From positions 1,092,727 to 1,156,726 of the forward strand of contig JAGWFT010000001.1 of NCBI GenBank assembly GCA_028867755.1: 64,000 bases of DNA, given 5' to 3'. This stretch comes from Nitrososphaerota archaeon (GTDB lineage Archaea; Thermoproteota; Nitrososphaeria; Nitrososphaerales; Nitrosopumilaceae). Positions 20,625-29,546 of this stretch are shown here, piece after piece. The position numbers were made by a program, and so were the translations under genes. Every line of letters begins with the position of its first letter. Position 1 is the stretch's first letter. The notes below the pieces were generated by a model. That model saw nothing but the letters and a program-made list of their open reading frames with translations. It was not told where the DNA came from and ran no database searches.

Positions 20625-21083
20625 TTAGTTCAAAGACTGTAATGCCTGGATAATTTCTTGTCCATGAGATTCGACGTTAACATCTCGAAATATCTTGGCA
20701 ATTTTTCCATCTTTATCTATGACAAATGTAGAACGTTTTGCAAGTCCAGCCAAGTTCAGCCCTGCGTAGATCTTACATGTAGATTTCGCAGTATCGCTCA
20801 GATGTAGGTAAGGAACCTTGTACTCATTAACGAACTTTTTCTGGTCATCAATTGTATCTACAGATATTGCAAAAAGCTCGGCATTTTGTTCCACGATTTT
20901 AGGATAAGCCCTTATAGTGGTTTCTGCCATCTGGAAAATTTTTTTTGACGGACATGCAAAGAGGTGGTTTTTTGGATAAAAACACAGTACGACATTTTTT
21001 CTTCCTCTAAAAGAGCCAAGTTTTATGGTATTTCCGTCATTTGCAACAAGTTCGAAATCAGGTGCAGCGTCCCCTTCTTTCAT
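20625..21083 (-). CDS. Peroxiredoxin-like (BCP/AhpC-TSA), atypical active site
   Basis: [35 protein letters not shown]. Confidence 0.82.
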   Translation of the reverse strand: MKEGDAAPDFELVANDGNTIKLGSFRGRKNVVLCFYPKNHLFACPSKKIFQMAETTIRAYPKIVEQNAELFAISVDTIDDQKKFVNEYKVPYLHLSDTAKSTCKIYAGLNLAGLAKRSTFVIDKDGKIAKIFRDVNVESHGQEIIQALQSLN

Positions 21084-21140
21084 GTAATAGTTTCACGCCA
21101 TGGGTTTATGACTATTTTGGATTTAGACAAATATGTGCGA

Positions 21141-21683
21141 TTAGATGAGATATGACTTTTTGAAGGTCTTTTGATAAAGTTTTACAGAGTTAATCACGAC
21201 CTTTTTTGCACTTGCGGCATTCTTCCAGCCCACAATCTCAACTTTTTTTCCTTCTAGTTGTTTGTAAACCTGAAAAAAGTGAGCTATTTCTTTTAGATGA
21301 TGTTTTTCTAGATCTCCGATGTCTTTTAGACTTGCATATCTTGGATCATCTTTTGCTACACAGAGAATCTTACTATCCATTTTGTTTGAGTCCTTCATTC
21401 TTAGCAAACCAATTGGTCTTGCCTCTATTAGAATTCCTGGAAAAGTAGGATTTGTAACCAAAACCAACGCATCTAATGGGTCGCCATCTTCAGCATAGGT
21501 CTGTGGAATTATTCCATAATCTCCAGGATAATACAGTGGAGAAAAAAGAACCCTGTCTAGTTTGATAATGTTATTTTTTTTATCATACTCATACTTGTTT
21601 TGAGAACCTTTTGGTATCTCGACTATCACATTCAAAATTGATGGTACTTTTGAGCCTGTTTCAATATCATGCCACAAATCCAT
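21141..21683 (-). CDS. ppa: Soluble inorganic pyrophosphatase (family I)
   Basis: EIPKGSQNKYEYD, LDRVL, YPGDYG, DGDPLDALV, DSKI; ATG at 21683 preferred. Confidence 0.95.
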   Translation of the reverse strand: MDLWHDIETGSKVPSILNVIVEIPKGSQNKYEYDKKNNIIKLDRVLFSPLYYPGDYGIIPQTYAEDGDPLDALVLVTNPTFPGILIEARPIGLLRMKDSNKMDSKILCVAKDDPRYASLKDIGDLEKHHLKEIAHFFQVYKQLEGKKVEIVGWKNAASAKKVVINSVKLYQKTFKKSYLI

Positions 21684-21899
21684 AATGATTACTGTCACAA
21701 AAAAAGCCTAATTTAATTGCCATCTAGTAATAAGATATCTTACATTACCAATGTTTTTTGATTTTTTAATCCATGGGTGTTATTTTCACTCAATAGATCT
21801 TAAATTCAAGATAAAATAGATCATCTTTTAAAAAACATTCAAATAATTACGGAATCTTAAATCAGAGAATACAAATAAGAAAGGATTCAGGATTATAAC

Positions 21900-22940
21900 A
21901 TGAAAGCAGCTTATGTAAAAGGGCCATCAAATGTAGAGATCAAAAATGTCGAAAGACCACAAGTCGGAAGTAGCGACGTCATAGTGACAATGAAGGCATG
22001 TGGGGTATGCGGATCAGACCTGGAAAAAATTTACGGGCAGTACAGTCAGCCATCCATGAGACTGGGCCACGAGCCATCTGGAACAATATCTCAAGTGGGA
22101 ACCAATGTAAAAGAATTCAAGAAAGGAGACAGAGTTTTTGTCCATCATCACGTACCATGTTACTCGTGCCACTTTTGTACGCACGGAAATGAGACAATGT
22201 GCCAGAAATATTCCGAGACAAATCTTAGTCCATGCGGTCTTGCCGAGGAATTTCTTGTCCCTGATTGGAACGTCTCCCACGGAGGAGTAATAAAATTACC
22301 AGATCACATAAGCTTTGAAGAGGCGTCCATGATAGAGCCCCTTGCATGTTGCATTAGAGCATGGAACAAAGTCAAGTTCAAACATGGAGACTCGGTTGCA
22401 ATTCTTGGGGCGGGCCCAACAGGTATGATGCATGTAATGCTAAGCAAAACTTTTGGAATAAAAGACATCTTCTGTTTTGACATAAACAATTTCCGACTAG
22501 ACTTTGCCAAAAAACTTGGAATAACGGATGCTATCCATTCTACCGACCCAGAAGCACATCAAAAAATTCTTGCCGGAACTGAAAATAGAGGAGTAGATAT
22601 AGCAATAGTGGCCACTGGAAGTCTTGGTGCAATTTCACAGTCAATTGACATAGTTAGAAAAGGCGGAACAGTAGTTCTTTTTGGCGTACCTTCAAAAGAT
22701 GCAAAAATGCCTATTGATGTTAGTAAAGTGTACTCAAAAGAGATAACTATAACACCAAGCTATGCTGCATCCGAAATCGATACAAATTCTGCGCTCAAAC
22801 TAATAGAAGAAAAAATAGATGTGAACAGATTGATTACACATAGGTTTGATCTTTCTGAATCTGCAAAAGCACTAGAATACGCTCATCAAGGAAACGATTC
22901 AATGAAGATAGTTGTAACAAATTCAGAAAGGCTTAACTAA
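21900..22940 (+). CDS. Zn-dependent medium-chain dehydrogenase (threonine/sorbitol DH-like)
   Basis: CGVCGSD, GHEPSG, CYSCHFC...C structural Zn, GAGPTG. Confidence 0.9.
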   Translation: MKAAYVKGPSNVEIKNVERPQVGSSDVIVTMKACGVCGSDLEKIYGQYSQPSMRLGHEPSGTISQVGTNVKEFKKGDRVFVHHHVPCYSCHFCTHGNETMCQKYSETNLSPCGLAEEFLVPDWNVSHGGVIKLPDHISFEEASMIEPLACCIRAWNKVKFKHGDSVAILGAGPTGMMHVMLSKTFGIKDIFCFDINNFRLDFAKKLGITDAIHSTDPEAHQKILAGTENRGVDIAIVATGSLGAISQSIDIVRKGGTVVLFGVPSKDAKMPIDVSKVYSKEITITPSYAASEIDTNSALKLIEEKIDVNRLITHRFDLSESAKALEYAHQGNDSMKIVVTNSERLN

Positions 22941-22950
22941 GGCAAATTTT

Positions 22951-23817
22951 TTGGAAGAAGATATGGATTGGGGATTAAAAAATCGACTTGCACGCATAAT
23001 AAAACATCATGATAACCGAGGAGTAATGCTTGCTGTAGACCATGGCTATTTCCTAGGACCTACAGAAAGATTAGAAAATCCAAGAAAGACGATTGCGCCT
23101 TTGTTGCCTCATGCTGACTCATTAATGCTTACACGTGGGGTTTTGAGAACATCGGTAGATGCGTCATATCCTATTCCTGTAGTGCTTAGAGTTTCAGGTG
23201 GCTCTAGCATAATTGGCAAAGACCTCTCAAACGAAAAAATAACCACATCAATAAAGGAGGCAATTAGATTAAACGTGTCAGCACTTGCAATGTCAATATT
23301 TGTAGGCGCGTCTCATGAGCACGAATCACTTGTAAGCCTTGGCAATCTAGTAAACGAAGGCGAGGAATATGGAATACCAGTTCTTGCTGTCACAGCAGTA
23401 GGAAAGGAATTGGAAAAACGAGACGCAAGATACTTGGGTCTAGCATGCAGAATAGCTGCTGAATTTGGCGCACACCTAGTAAAAACATACTATTGTGAGA
23501 ATTTTGAAAAAGTTGTAAACGCTTGTCCTGTACCAGTCATAATTGCAGGAGGCCCAAAACTAGCAACAGAGTTAGATGCGTTAAAACTTACCTACGATGC
23601 AATCCATTCAGGTGCTGCTGGAGTAGACATGGGAAGAAACATTTGGCAATCAGATCATCCAGTTGCAATGCTCAAAGCTGTCAAAGCTATAGTACACCAG
23701 AATTTAACAGTAAAAGAAGCCTATGAGATATTCAACAAGCTAAAACATGTTGAAAAACCAGCAGCAGCAACAAAGCCTGCCACTAAATCTGGCCAGAAAT
23801 CTAGTCGGAAATCTTAG
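22951..23817 (+). CDS. LsrF-like class I aldolase/thiolase (DhnA family)
   Basis: MDWGLKNRLARI, MLAVDHGYF, RIAAEFGAHLVKTYY, IAGG, GVDMGRNIWQSDHP resemble LsrF. Confidence 0.85.
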   Translation: MEEDMDWGLKNRLARIIKHHDNRGVMLAVDHGYFLGPTERLENPRKTIAPLLPHADSLMLTRGVLRTSVDASYPIPVVLRVSGGSSIIGKDLSNEKITTSIKEAIRLNVSALAMSIFVGASHEHESLVSLGNLVNEGEEYGIPVLAVTAVGKELEKRDARYLGLACRIAAEFGAHLVKTYYCENFEKVVNACPVPVIIAGGPKLATELDALKLTYDAIHSGAAGVDMGRNIWQSDHPVAMLKAVKAIVHQNLTVKEAYEIFNKLKHVEKPAAATKPATKSGQKSSRKS

Positions 23818-24292
23818 ACAGATGCACGTGTACAATCTTCCATTTTTGGGACTTTACTAAAACAAATGTTCCTCGGCTTTCCATTGAAAGATGCTGGCCT
23901 CGAAAGCTATAGTTATCAACAATCATTCCAGTTTGTCTTATAACAAAAGTTACCACTGCGCAATTCTCAAATATGTCTACACGTGTATTTTTAATTTCAT
24001 GTTCATAATCAGATATACTAACAAACCTTAGCTGTTGTAATGCAATGGTAGTAGCATAGTCTTTCAAGTCAAAAGGCGGAACATCACTATAACTTGAAAA
24101 TCTAGGATCATCAAGTTGGATTGCACTTAGTGGTGCCAAGTTCTTTGTCTTTCCAGCGTTGAAGAAAGTTGCAACTATATCAATTATCTCGTCTTTATCG
24201 CCCAAAATCGATATGGTTTGAGATAATTCTAGTTTAAGTCTTGTGAAACGTAGACCAAATCTGTCACTAGTGTTGAAATATTCATGAGGCAA
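23801..24292 (-). CDS. SnoaL/NTF2-like domain protein
   Basis: C-terminal RGTFVLVK...WKIVHVHLS pattern. Confidence 0.75.
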   Translation of the reverse strand: MPHEYFNTSDRFGLRFTRLKLELSQTISILGDKDEIIDIVATFFNAGKTKNLAPLSAIQLDDPRFSSYSDVPPFDLKDYATTIALQQLRFVSISDYEHEIKNTRVDIFENCAVVTFVIRQTGMIVDNYSFRGQHLSMESRGTFVLVKSQKWKIVHVHLSKISD

Positions 24293-24334
24293 TAATGGTA
24301 TTTTTGATAATTTTATTCGTTTTCACTAGCAATA

Positions 24335-24342
24335 TTTATAAA
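24335..24342 (+). promoter_or_regulatory. TATA box (palindromic, possibly bidirectional) for the ilv/leu operon
   Basis: TTTATAAA ~32-39 nt upstream of the ATG at 24374 and upstream of the divergent gene starting at 24292. Confidence 0.55.
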
Positions 24343-24373
24343 TTATTTCAGAGGGAAAAATCATAGACTAAAA

Positions 24374-24436
24374 ATGAAGTTAGGAGGTTCGGCAAGCATT
24401 TCTTGTATTCTGCTGCTAGTCGACCTTCTGCTGTAG
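24374..24436 (+). CDS. Putative branched-chain amino acid leader peptide (20 aa)
   Basis: My translation: MKLGGSASISCILLLVDLLL*; 10 of 20 residues are Leu/Ile/Val, 8 of the last 9; directly upstream of ilvB. Confidence 0.6.
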   Translation: MKLGGSASISCILLLVDLLL

Positions 24437-24453
24437 ATTACAGCAAAGTTTTT
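24425..24453 (+). terminator. Hairpin plus U-tract (attenuator-like) in the ilvB 5' leader
   Basis: CTT-C-TGCTGTA-gat-TACAGCA-AAG followed by TTTTT. Confidence 0.45.
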
Positions 24454-24466
24454 GGAGTTAAAAATT

Positions 24467-26155
24467 ATGGAAAAAATGTCAGGTGCTAGGTCTTTAATGG
24501 TTGCCCTCGAGAAAGAGGGTGCAAACATAGTCTTCGGACTACCCGGAGGCGCAAATCTTCCAATTTATGATGAGCTTTACAAAAGCAACATCAGACATAT
24601 TCTTGTCAGACACGAGCAGTCTGCATCACACATGGCAGACGGTTTTGGAAGAGTCAGCAGAAGACCTGGAGTATGTTTTGCAACTTCAGGTCCTGGAGCA
24701 ACTAATATCGTAACGGGAATTGCTACTGCACAGGCAGATTCTGCCCCGATGATTGCAGTTACTGGACAAGTACCTACAAAAATGATTGGAAAAGATGCAT
24801 TTCAAGAAAGCGATATCATCGGAATTACAAACCCCATAGTAAAATATGCATTTCAGCCCATGACTGCAGCAGAAATCCCCGAAGTGGTAAAAAAAGCATT
24901 TTACATTTCATCTACAGGTAGACCTGGCCCTGTGCTAATTGATATTCCAAAAGATGTTCAACAAAATGAAGCTGAGATGGTATTTCCTTCAGAAGTAAAA
25001 ATAAGAGGATACCATCCATGGGTAGACCCAGACATTCGAGAAATTGAGCGAGCAATAAACATGCTACTTGCTGCTGAAAAACCAGTAATCTTGGCAGGTG
25101 GTGGTGTAATAATTTCTGGAGCCTTTGCAGAGCTCCAGTCAATAGCAGAATTATTAATGATTCCAGTAGTAACAACATTCAAAGGAAAAGGCTCATTTCC
25201 AGAAAATCATCCTCTTTCCCTAGGACCAATAGGAATGCACGGACATGCAGAAGCCAACAAGATCATGGTCGAAGCTGACTGCGTACTTGCATGTGGTTCT
25301 AGATTTTCAGATAGGTCTGTAGGAACATTTGAAGAATTTGAAAGAAATCTCAAGATAATACACATGGATGTAGACCCAGCTGAGATAGGAAAAAACCAAA
25401 CTACTCACATAGCAGTAGTGGGCGACATCAAGGCCTCGCTTAGAATAATGGTAAAAATGTTAATCCAAAAGGCCACCAAGCGACCTGGAGATAATCCATG
25501 GTTAAAGCGTGTGAACGAGACTAGAGAGTACTTTAGACAAAATCTAAAGCTTCATTCTCACCCATTGGGGGCAGCAAAGGTTCTAAGAAAATTAAGAGAG
25601 GTGCTCCCACCACAATCAATTGTAACAACCGAAGTAGGACAACATCAAATGTGGGCGTCATTATTTTTTGACGTTATACATCCAGGGACATTTTTTAGCT
25701 CCACTGGTCTTGGCACAATGGGTTGGGGTTTTCCTGCTGCGATTGGCGCCAAAGCTGCCAAGCCAGAAGTTCCAGTAGTAGACATAGCAGGAGAGGGAAG
25801 TTTTAACATGACTGAGAACTCACTTGCAGTTTCAGTATTAGATGACTTGCCTGTGATAGTATTTTTGTTAAACAACTTTTCACTTGGAATGGTTGCCCAG
25901 TGGCAGAGGACATTTTATGACAGACGCATGATAGGAATAGATCTCAAGAATTGCCCAGACTATGTCAAATTAGCCGAGTCTTACGGAGCCCAAGGCATAA
26001 GAGCACAGAGCATAGACGAGATTGGAAAGGCAGTTCAAACTGCACTAAAAAGCAACATAGCCACAGTAATTGACATTCCAATCGACCCTCAAGAAGATGT
26101 CTTGCCATTTGTGGCCCCTGGAACATCACTCAAGGAAATGATATTGCCATCATAA
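24467..26155 (+). CDS. ilvB: Acetolactate synthase large subunit
   Basis: FGLPGGA, RHEQ, TSGPGATN, TGQV, EVGQHQMW, GLGTMG, GEGSFNM; ATG at 24467 after GGAG. Confidence 0.95.
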   Translation: MEKMSGARSLMVALEKEGANIVFGLPGGANLPIYDELYKSNIRHILVRHEQSASHMADGFGRVSRRPGVCFATSGPGATNIVTGIATAQADSAPMIAVTGQVPTKMIGKDAFQESDIIGITNPIVKYAFQPMTAAEIPEVVKKAFYISSTGRPGPVLIDIPKDVQQNEAEMVFPSEVKIRGYHPWVDPDIREIERAINMLLAAEKPVILAGGGVIISGAFAELQSIAELLMIPVVTTFKGKGSFPENHPLSLGPIGMHGHAEANKIMVEADCVLACGSRFSDRSVGTFEEFERNLKIIHMDVDPAEIGKNQTTHIAVVGDIKASLRIMVKMLIQKATKRPGDNPWLKRVNETREYFRQNLKLHSHPLGAAKVLRKLREVLPPQSIVTTEVGQHQMWASLFFDVIHPGTFFSSTGLGTMGWGFPAAIGAKAAKPEVPVVDIAGEGSFNMTENSLAVSVLDDLPVIVFLLNNFSLGMVAQWQRTFYDRRMIGIDLKNCPDYVKLAESYGAQGIRAQSIDEIGKAVQTALKSNIATVIDIPIDPQEDVLPFVAPGTSLKEMILPS

Positions 26156-26164
26156 GGTATATTC

Positions 26165-26656
26165 ATGTGGTCCATAATTTCCGTACTTGTAGAAAATAAA
26201 CCTGGAGTGTTATTCAAGGTTACACATCTCTTCAGATCAAGAAATTACAACATAGATAGCATATCGGTTGGCATAACAGAAAATCCAGAATTTTCTAGAA
26301 TGACGATTACAACATCTGCTGACGAGAAACAACTCAACCAGATAATCAAACAACTCGATAAAATGATAGATACGGTAGAAGTAAAATTATTAGATGAGAA
26401 GAAGAGCATATACCGTGAGCTAGTACTAATGAAGATAAAAATAACAAAACCATCAGACATAATGGAGATAACTGATCTTGCAAACGCCTTCAAGTGTAAT
26501 GTACACGACGTAAGAAAGTCATCAATCATCGTGGAGATAACAGCAACACCCGACAGGATCAGTGCATTTGAAGATCTAGTCAGAGGATACGGTATACTTG
26601 AGATAACAAGAACCGGACTTTGTTCACTAGAGCGAGGAGTTGGAAATGAAAGTTAG
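26165..26656 (+). CDS. ilvH: Acetolactate synthase small (regulatory) subunit
   Basis: VENKPGVL...FRSRNYNIDSISVG ACT domain, EITRTG. Confidence 0.93.
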   Translation: MWSIISVLVENKPGVLFKVTHLFRSRNYNIDSISVGITENPEFSRMTITTSADEKQLNQIIKQLDKMIDTVEVKLLDEKKSIYRELVLMKIKITKPSDIMEITDLANAFKCNVHDVRKSSIIVEITATPDRISAFEDLVRGYGILEITRTGLCSLERGVGNES

Positions 26657-28163
26657 AATTTTTGATACTACTCTAAGAGATGGGGAACAAACACCTGGCG
26701 TTGCATTAACCCCAGAACAAAAGCTTTCAATTGCTCAGAAATTAGATGAATTGGGAGTGGATGCCATAGAAGCAGGCTTTCCAATAATCTCAGATGGCGA
26801 GAGAAAGGCGGTAAAAGATATAGCCCATGCTAATCTTAGGGCAGAAGTTTGCGGCTTGGCAAGAACTGAGAAAAAAGACATAGATGCCGCAGTGACAGCT
26901 GGGTTGAAGTACATACACACATTTATTGCAACATCTGACATTCACCTAAAATACAAACTCAATCTTACACGAGAGCAGGCAGTGGCAAAGGCAATCGAGG
27001 CAGTAGAATATGCAAAATCATGTGGATTACAAGTTGAGTTTTCTGCAGAAGATGCAACAAGAACTGACAGAGAATTTCTCAAAAAAGTTTTCAAAGCAGT
27101 AACAGAAGCTGGTGCCGATAGGATAGACATACCAGACACAGTGGGCTATTCTACTCCGCAGTATATAGCTTCAATTACAAAAGATGCGATTGATGTTACT
27201 CATTTACCTGTCAGTGTTCATTGCCACAATGACTTTGGTTTAGCTGTGGCAAATGCAATATCTGCAATTCAAGTGGGAGCACAGTGTGCACATGTTACAA
27301 TAAATGGCATCGGAGAAAGAGCAGGCAATGCATCACTTGAAGAACTTGTCATGGCACTACAATGCTTACAGTTTGATAAGAAATTTGAGACAAACATCAA
27401 TACCAAACTTCTCTATGAGACATCACGATATGTTTCAAAGATCGTTGGAGTCCAAGTACAACCAAACAAGGCCATAGTGGGAGAAAATGCATTTGGGCAT
27501 GAATCTGGAATTCACACCCATGGAGTATTGAATAATCCATTAACGTATGAACCAATCAGCCCAGAACTTGTAGGTAGGACGCGTTGGTTCCAGGTAGGAA
27601 AACATGCTGGAGCACATGGCGTTGCTGCAATGCTAGAGGAATACGGCATCCAGCCATCAAAGGAGCAGACACATGAGATACTAGAGAGAGTCAAGAAATT
27701 AGGAGACCAAGGAAAGCACGTCACAGATGTAGAATTACTATCAATCTCAGGTGAAGTTATGCATCAGGAAGGATTGAAAAGACTAGTCCACCTAACGGGA
27801 TTTTCAGTATCTACTGGAATTGGCAACATGCCATATGCATTTGTCAAACTAAACATAGAAGGAAAAGACTTTGTTGGCACAGATCATGGTGTTGGGCCTG
27901 TAGATGCATCAATTAATGCAATACAAAAAATCACTGGGGAGATTGCCAAAGTCAGAATAAAAGAATACAAGCTAGATTCAATTTCCGGCGGATCAGAGGC
28001 ATTATGTGAAGTAACAGTAAAGGTAGAGGATGCATATGGAAATCAGGCTTCTGCAAAATCTATTGGGGAAGATATTGTAATTACTAGTGTTCAAGCTATG
28101 ATAGATGGCATTAATAGAATAATGCTCAAAAAAATTCTTAAACAAAAAAACTTGGGACACTAG
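26646..28163 (+). CDS. leuA: 2-isopropylmalate synthase (LeuA/CimA family)
   Basis: FDTTLRDGEQ, HCHNDFGLA, GIGERAGN, HESGIH, C-terminal regulatory domain; citramalate synthase not excluded. Confidence 0.85.
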   Translation: MKVRIFDTTLRDGEQTPGVALTPEQKLSIAQKLDELGVDAIEAGFPIISDGERKAVKDIAHANLRAEVCGLARTEKKDIDAAVTAGLKYIHTFIATSDIHLKYKLNLTREQAVAKAIEAVEYAKSCGLQVEFSAEDATRTDREFLKKVFKAVTEAGADRIDIPDTVGYSTPQYIASITKDAIDVTHLPVSVHCHNDFGLAVANAISAIQVGAQCAHVTINGIGERAGNASLEELVMALQCLQFDKKFETNINTKLLYETSRYVSKIVGVQVQPNKAIVGENAFGHESGIHTHGVLNNPLTYEPISPELVGRTRWFQVGKHAGAHGVAAMLEEYGIQPSKEQTHEILERVKKLGDQGKHVTDVELLSISGEVMHQEGLKRLVHLTGFSVSTGIGNMPYAFVKLNIEGKDFVGTDHGVGPVDASINAIQKITGEIAKVRIKEYKLDSISGGSEALCEVTVKVEDAYGNQASAKSIGEDIVITSVQAMIDGINRIMLKKILKQKNLGH

Positions 28164-29180
28164 ATGTACAAAATATCTCTTATAACTGGAGATGGCATAG
28201 GTCCCGAATTATCCGAATCTGTTATAGACATACTGCATGCGATAAATGACAAGATTGGACTAAAGATAGAAATCAATACAGTTGAAGCAGGTGATGCTGC
28301 ATTAAAAAAAACTGGCAAGGCACTTCCCGATTCAGCTCTGGATACAATAAAAAAATCTGATACATGCCTAAAAGCTCCAGTAGGAGAAAGTGCTGCAGAT
28401 GTCATTGTGTTTTTACGAAGAGAGTTGAACCTTTATGCCAACATAAGGCCTGCAAAATCATATCCCAACATGCCTGCCCTTAAAGAAAACATTGACTTGG
28501 TCATAGTACGAGAAAACACAGAAGACCTCTACACAGGAATGGAGTTTGAGGTAGACAACTCTGCAATTGCATTGAGAACCATATCAGAATATGCTTCAAA
28601 CCGTATTGCAAAATATGCCTGTATTGTTGCAAATCAAAGAAATAAGCAAAAAAGGGTAACCTGCGTTCACAAGTCAAATGTCATGAGAAAGACAGATGGC
28701 CTTTTTGCAAGATCATGTGCTGCGGCAGCAAAGGACTTTCCCAATATCACGTTTGACCAGATGTATGTAGATGCATGTGCCATGAACCTCATCAGACAGC
28801 CAGAGTCTTTTGATGTCATAGTGACAACTAACTTGTTTGGAGACATTTTATCTGATGAGGCTGCTCAAGTAGTTGGTGGGCTTGGTATGGCACCTGCTGC
28901 CAACATTGGAGATAATTTTGCCTTGTTTGAGCCTGTCCATGGAGCAGCTTTTGATATTGCAGGAAAACAAGCTGCCAATCCGTCTTCTTTTATCCTATCT
29001 GCAAAAATGATGTTTGAGTGGTTAGGAATGAAAAACAATGATGCAATGTCTTTTACTGTGGCAAAGAAGATAGAAGAGGCGGTGTATGGGGTCGTAAGAG
29101 AAGGAATCAAGACTAGAGACATTGGCGGAAACAAAACAACCAAAGAATTTACTCAGCATGTAATTTCAAAACTTACTTGA
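28164..29180 (+). CDS. leuB: 3-isopropylmalate dehydrogenase (isocitrate/isopropylmalate DH family)
   Basis: GDGIGPE, RENTEDLY, NLFGDILSD, EPVHGAAFDIAG; operonic with leuA. Confidence 0.82.
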   Translation: MYKISLITGDGIGPELSESVIDILHAINDKIGLKIEINTVEAGDAALKKTGKALPDSALDTIKKSDTCLKAPVGESAADVIVFLRRELNLYANIRPAKSYPNMPALKENIDLVIVRENTEDLYTGMEFEVDNSAIALRTISEYASNRIAKYACIVANQRNKQKRVTCVHKSNVMRKTDGLFARSCAAAAKDFPNITFDQMYVDACAMNLIRQPESFDVIVTTNLFGDILSDEAAQVVGGLGMAPAANIGDNFALFEPVHGAAFDIAGKQAANPSSFILSAKMMFEWLGMKNNDAMSFTVAKKIEEAVYGVVREGIKTRDIGGNKTTKEFTQHVISKLT

Positions 29181-29514
29181 GATCTGATACTGGGGGCTCT
29201 CTTGACCAAAAAAACATTGCAAAGCCAATTGGTATCATTATAGTTACTGCCACACCAAAACATACCCAATAAAATGTAGGGTCGATGCCTTTGATTAGAG
29301 GCACTGGAAATACAGTATAGGCCCACACAAAGGCAATAAACCCGAGAATTATCTTATTTTTCTTAAAAACTCTCCATCCAAGTTTTCGTTTTGTTATATA
29401 ACATTTTTTGCATCGTGTCCTGTCATCTGTCATGCATGAGTTACAACAATGCTTTTCACAAAAATAGCATGTGTGGTCGCCAAAACCAGAGCCGCAAAAA
29501 TCACACTGCTGCAC
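29173..29514 (-). CDS. Small Cys-rich zinc-finger membrane protein
   Basis: CDFC, CYFCEKHCCNSC, CKKC followed by two TM helices. Confidence 0.7.
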   Translation of the reverse strand: MQQCDFCGSGFGDHTCYFCEKHCCNSCMTDDRTRCKKCYITKRKLGWRVFKKNKIILGFIAFVWAYTVFPVPLIKGIDPTFYWVCFGVAVTIMIPIGFAMFFWSREPPVSDLK

Positions 29515-29546
29515 AGGTAACTGTTGTAAGATCCAGATTTATCTTT

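Noticed and set aside
21731-21742. Perfect palindrome TAAGATATCTTA between ppa and the dehydrogenase gene
   Set aside because: AT-rich and seen once; plausible by chance.
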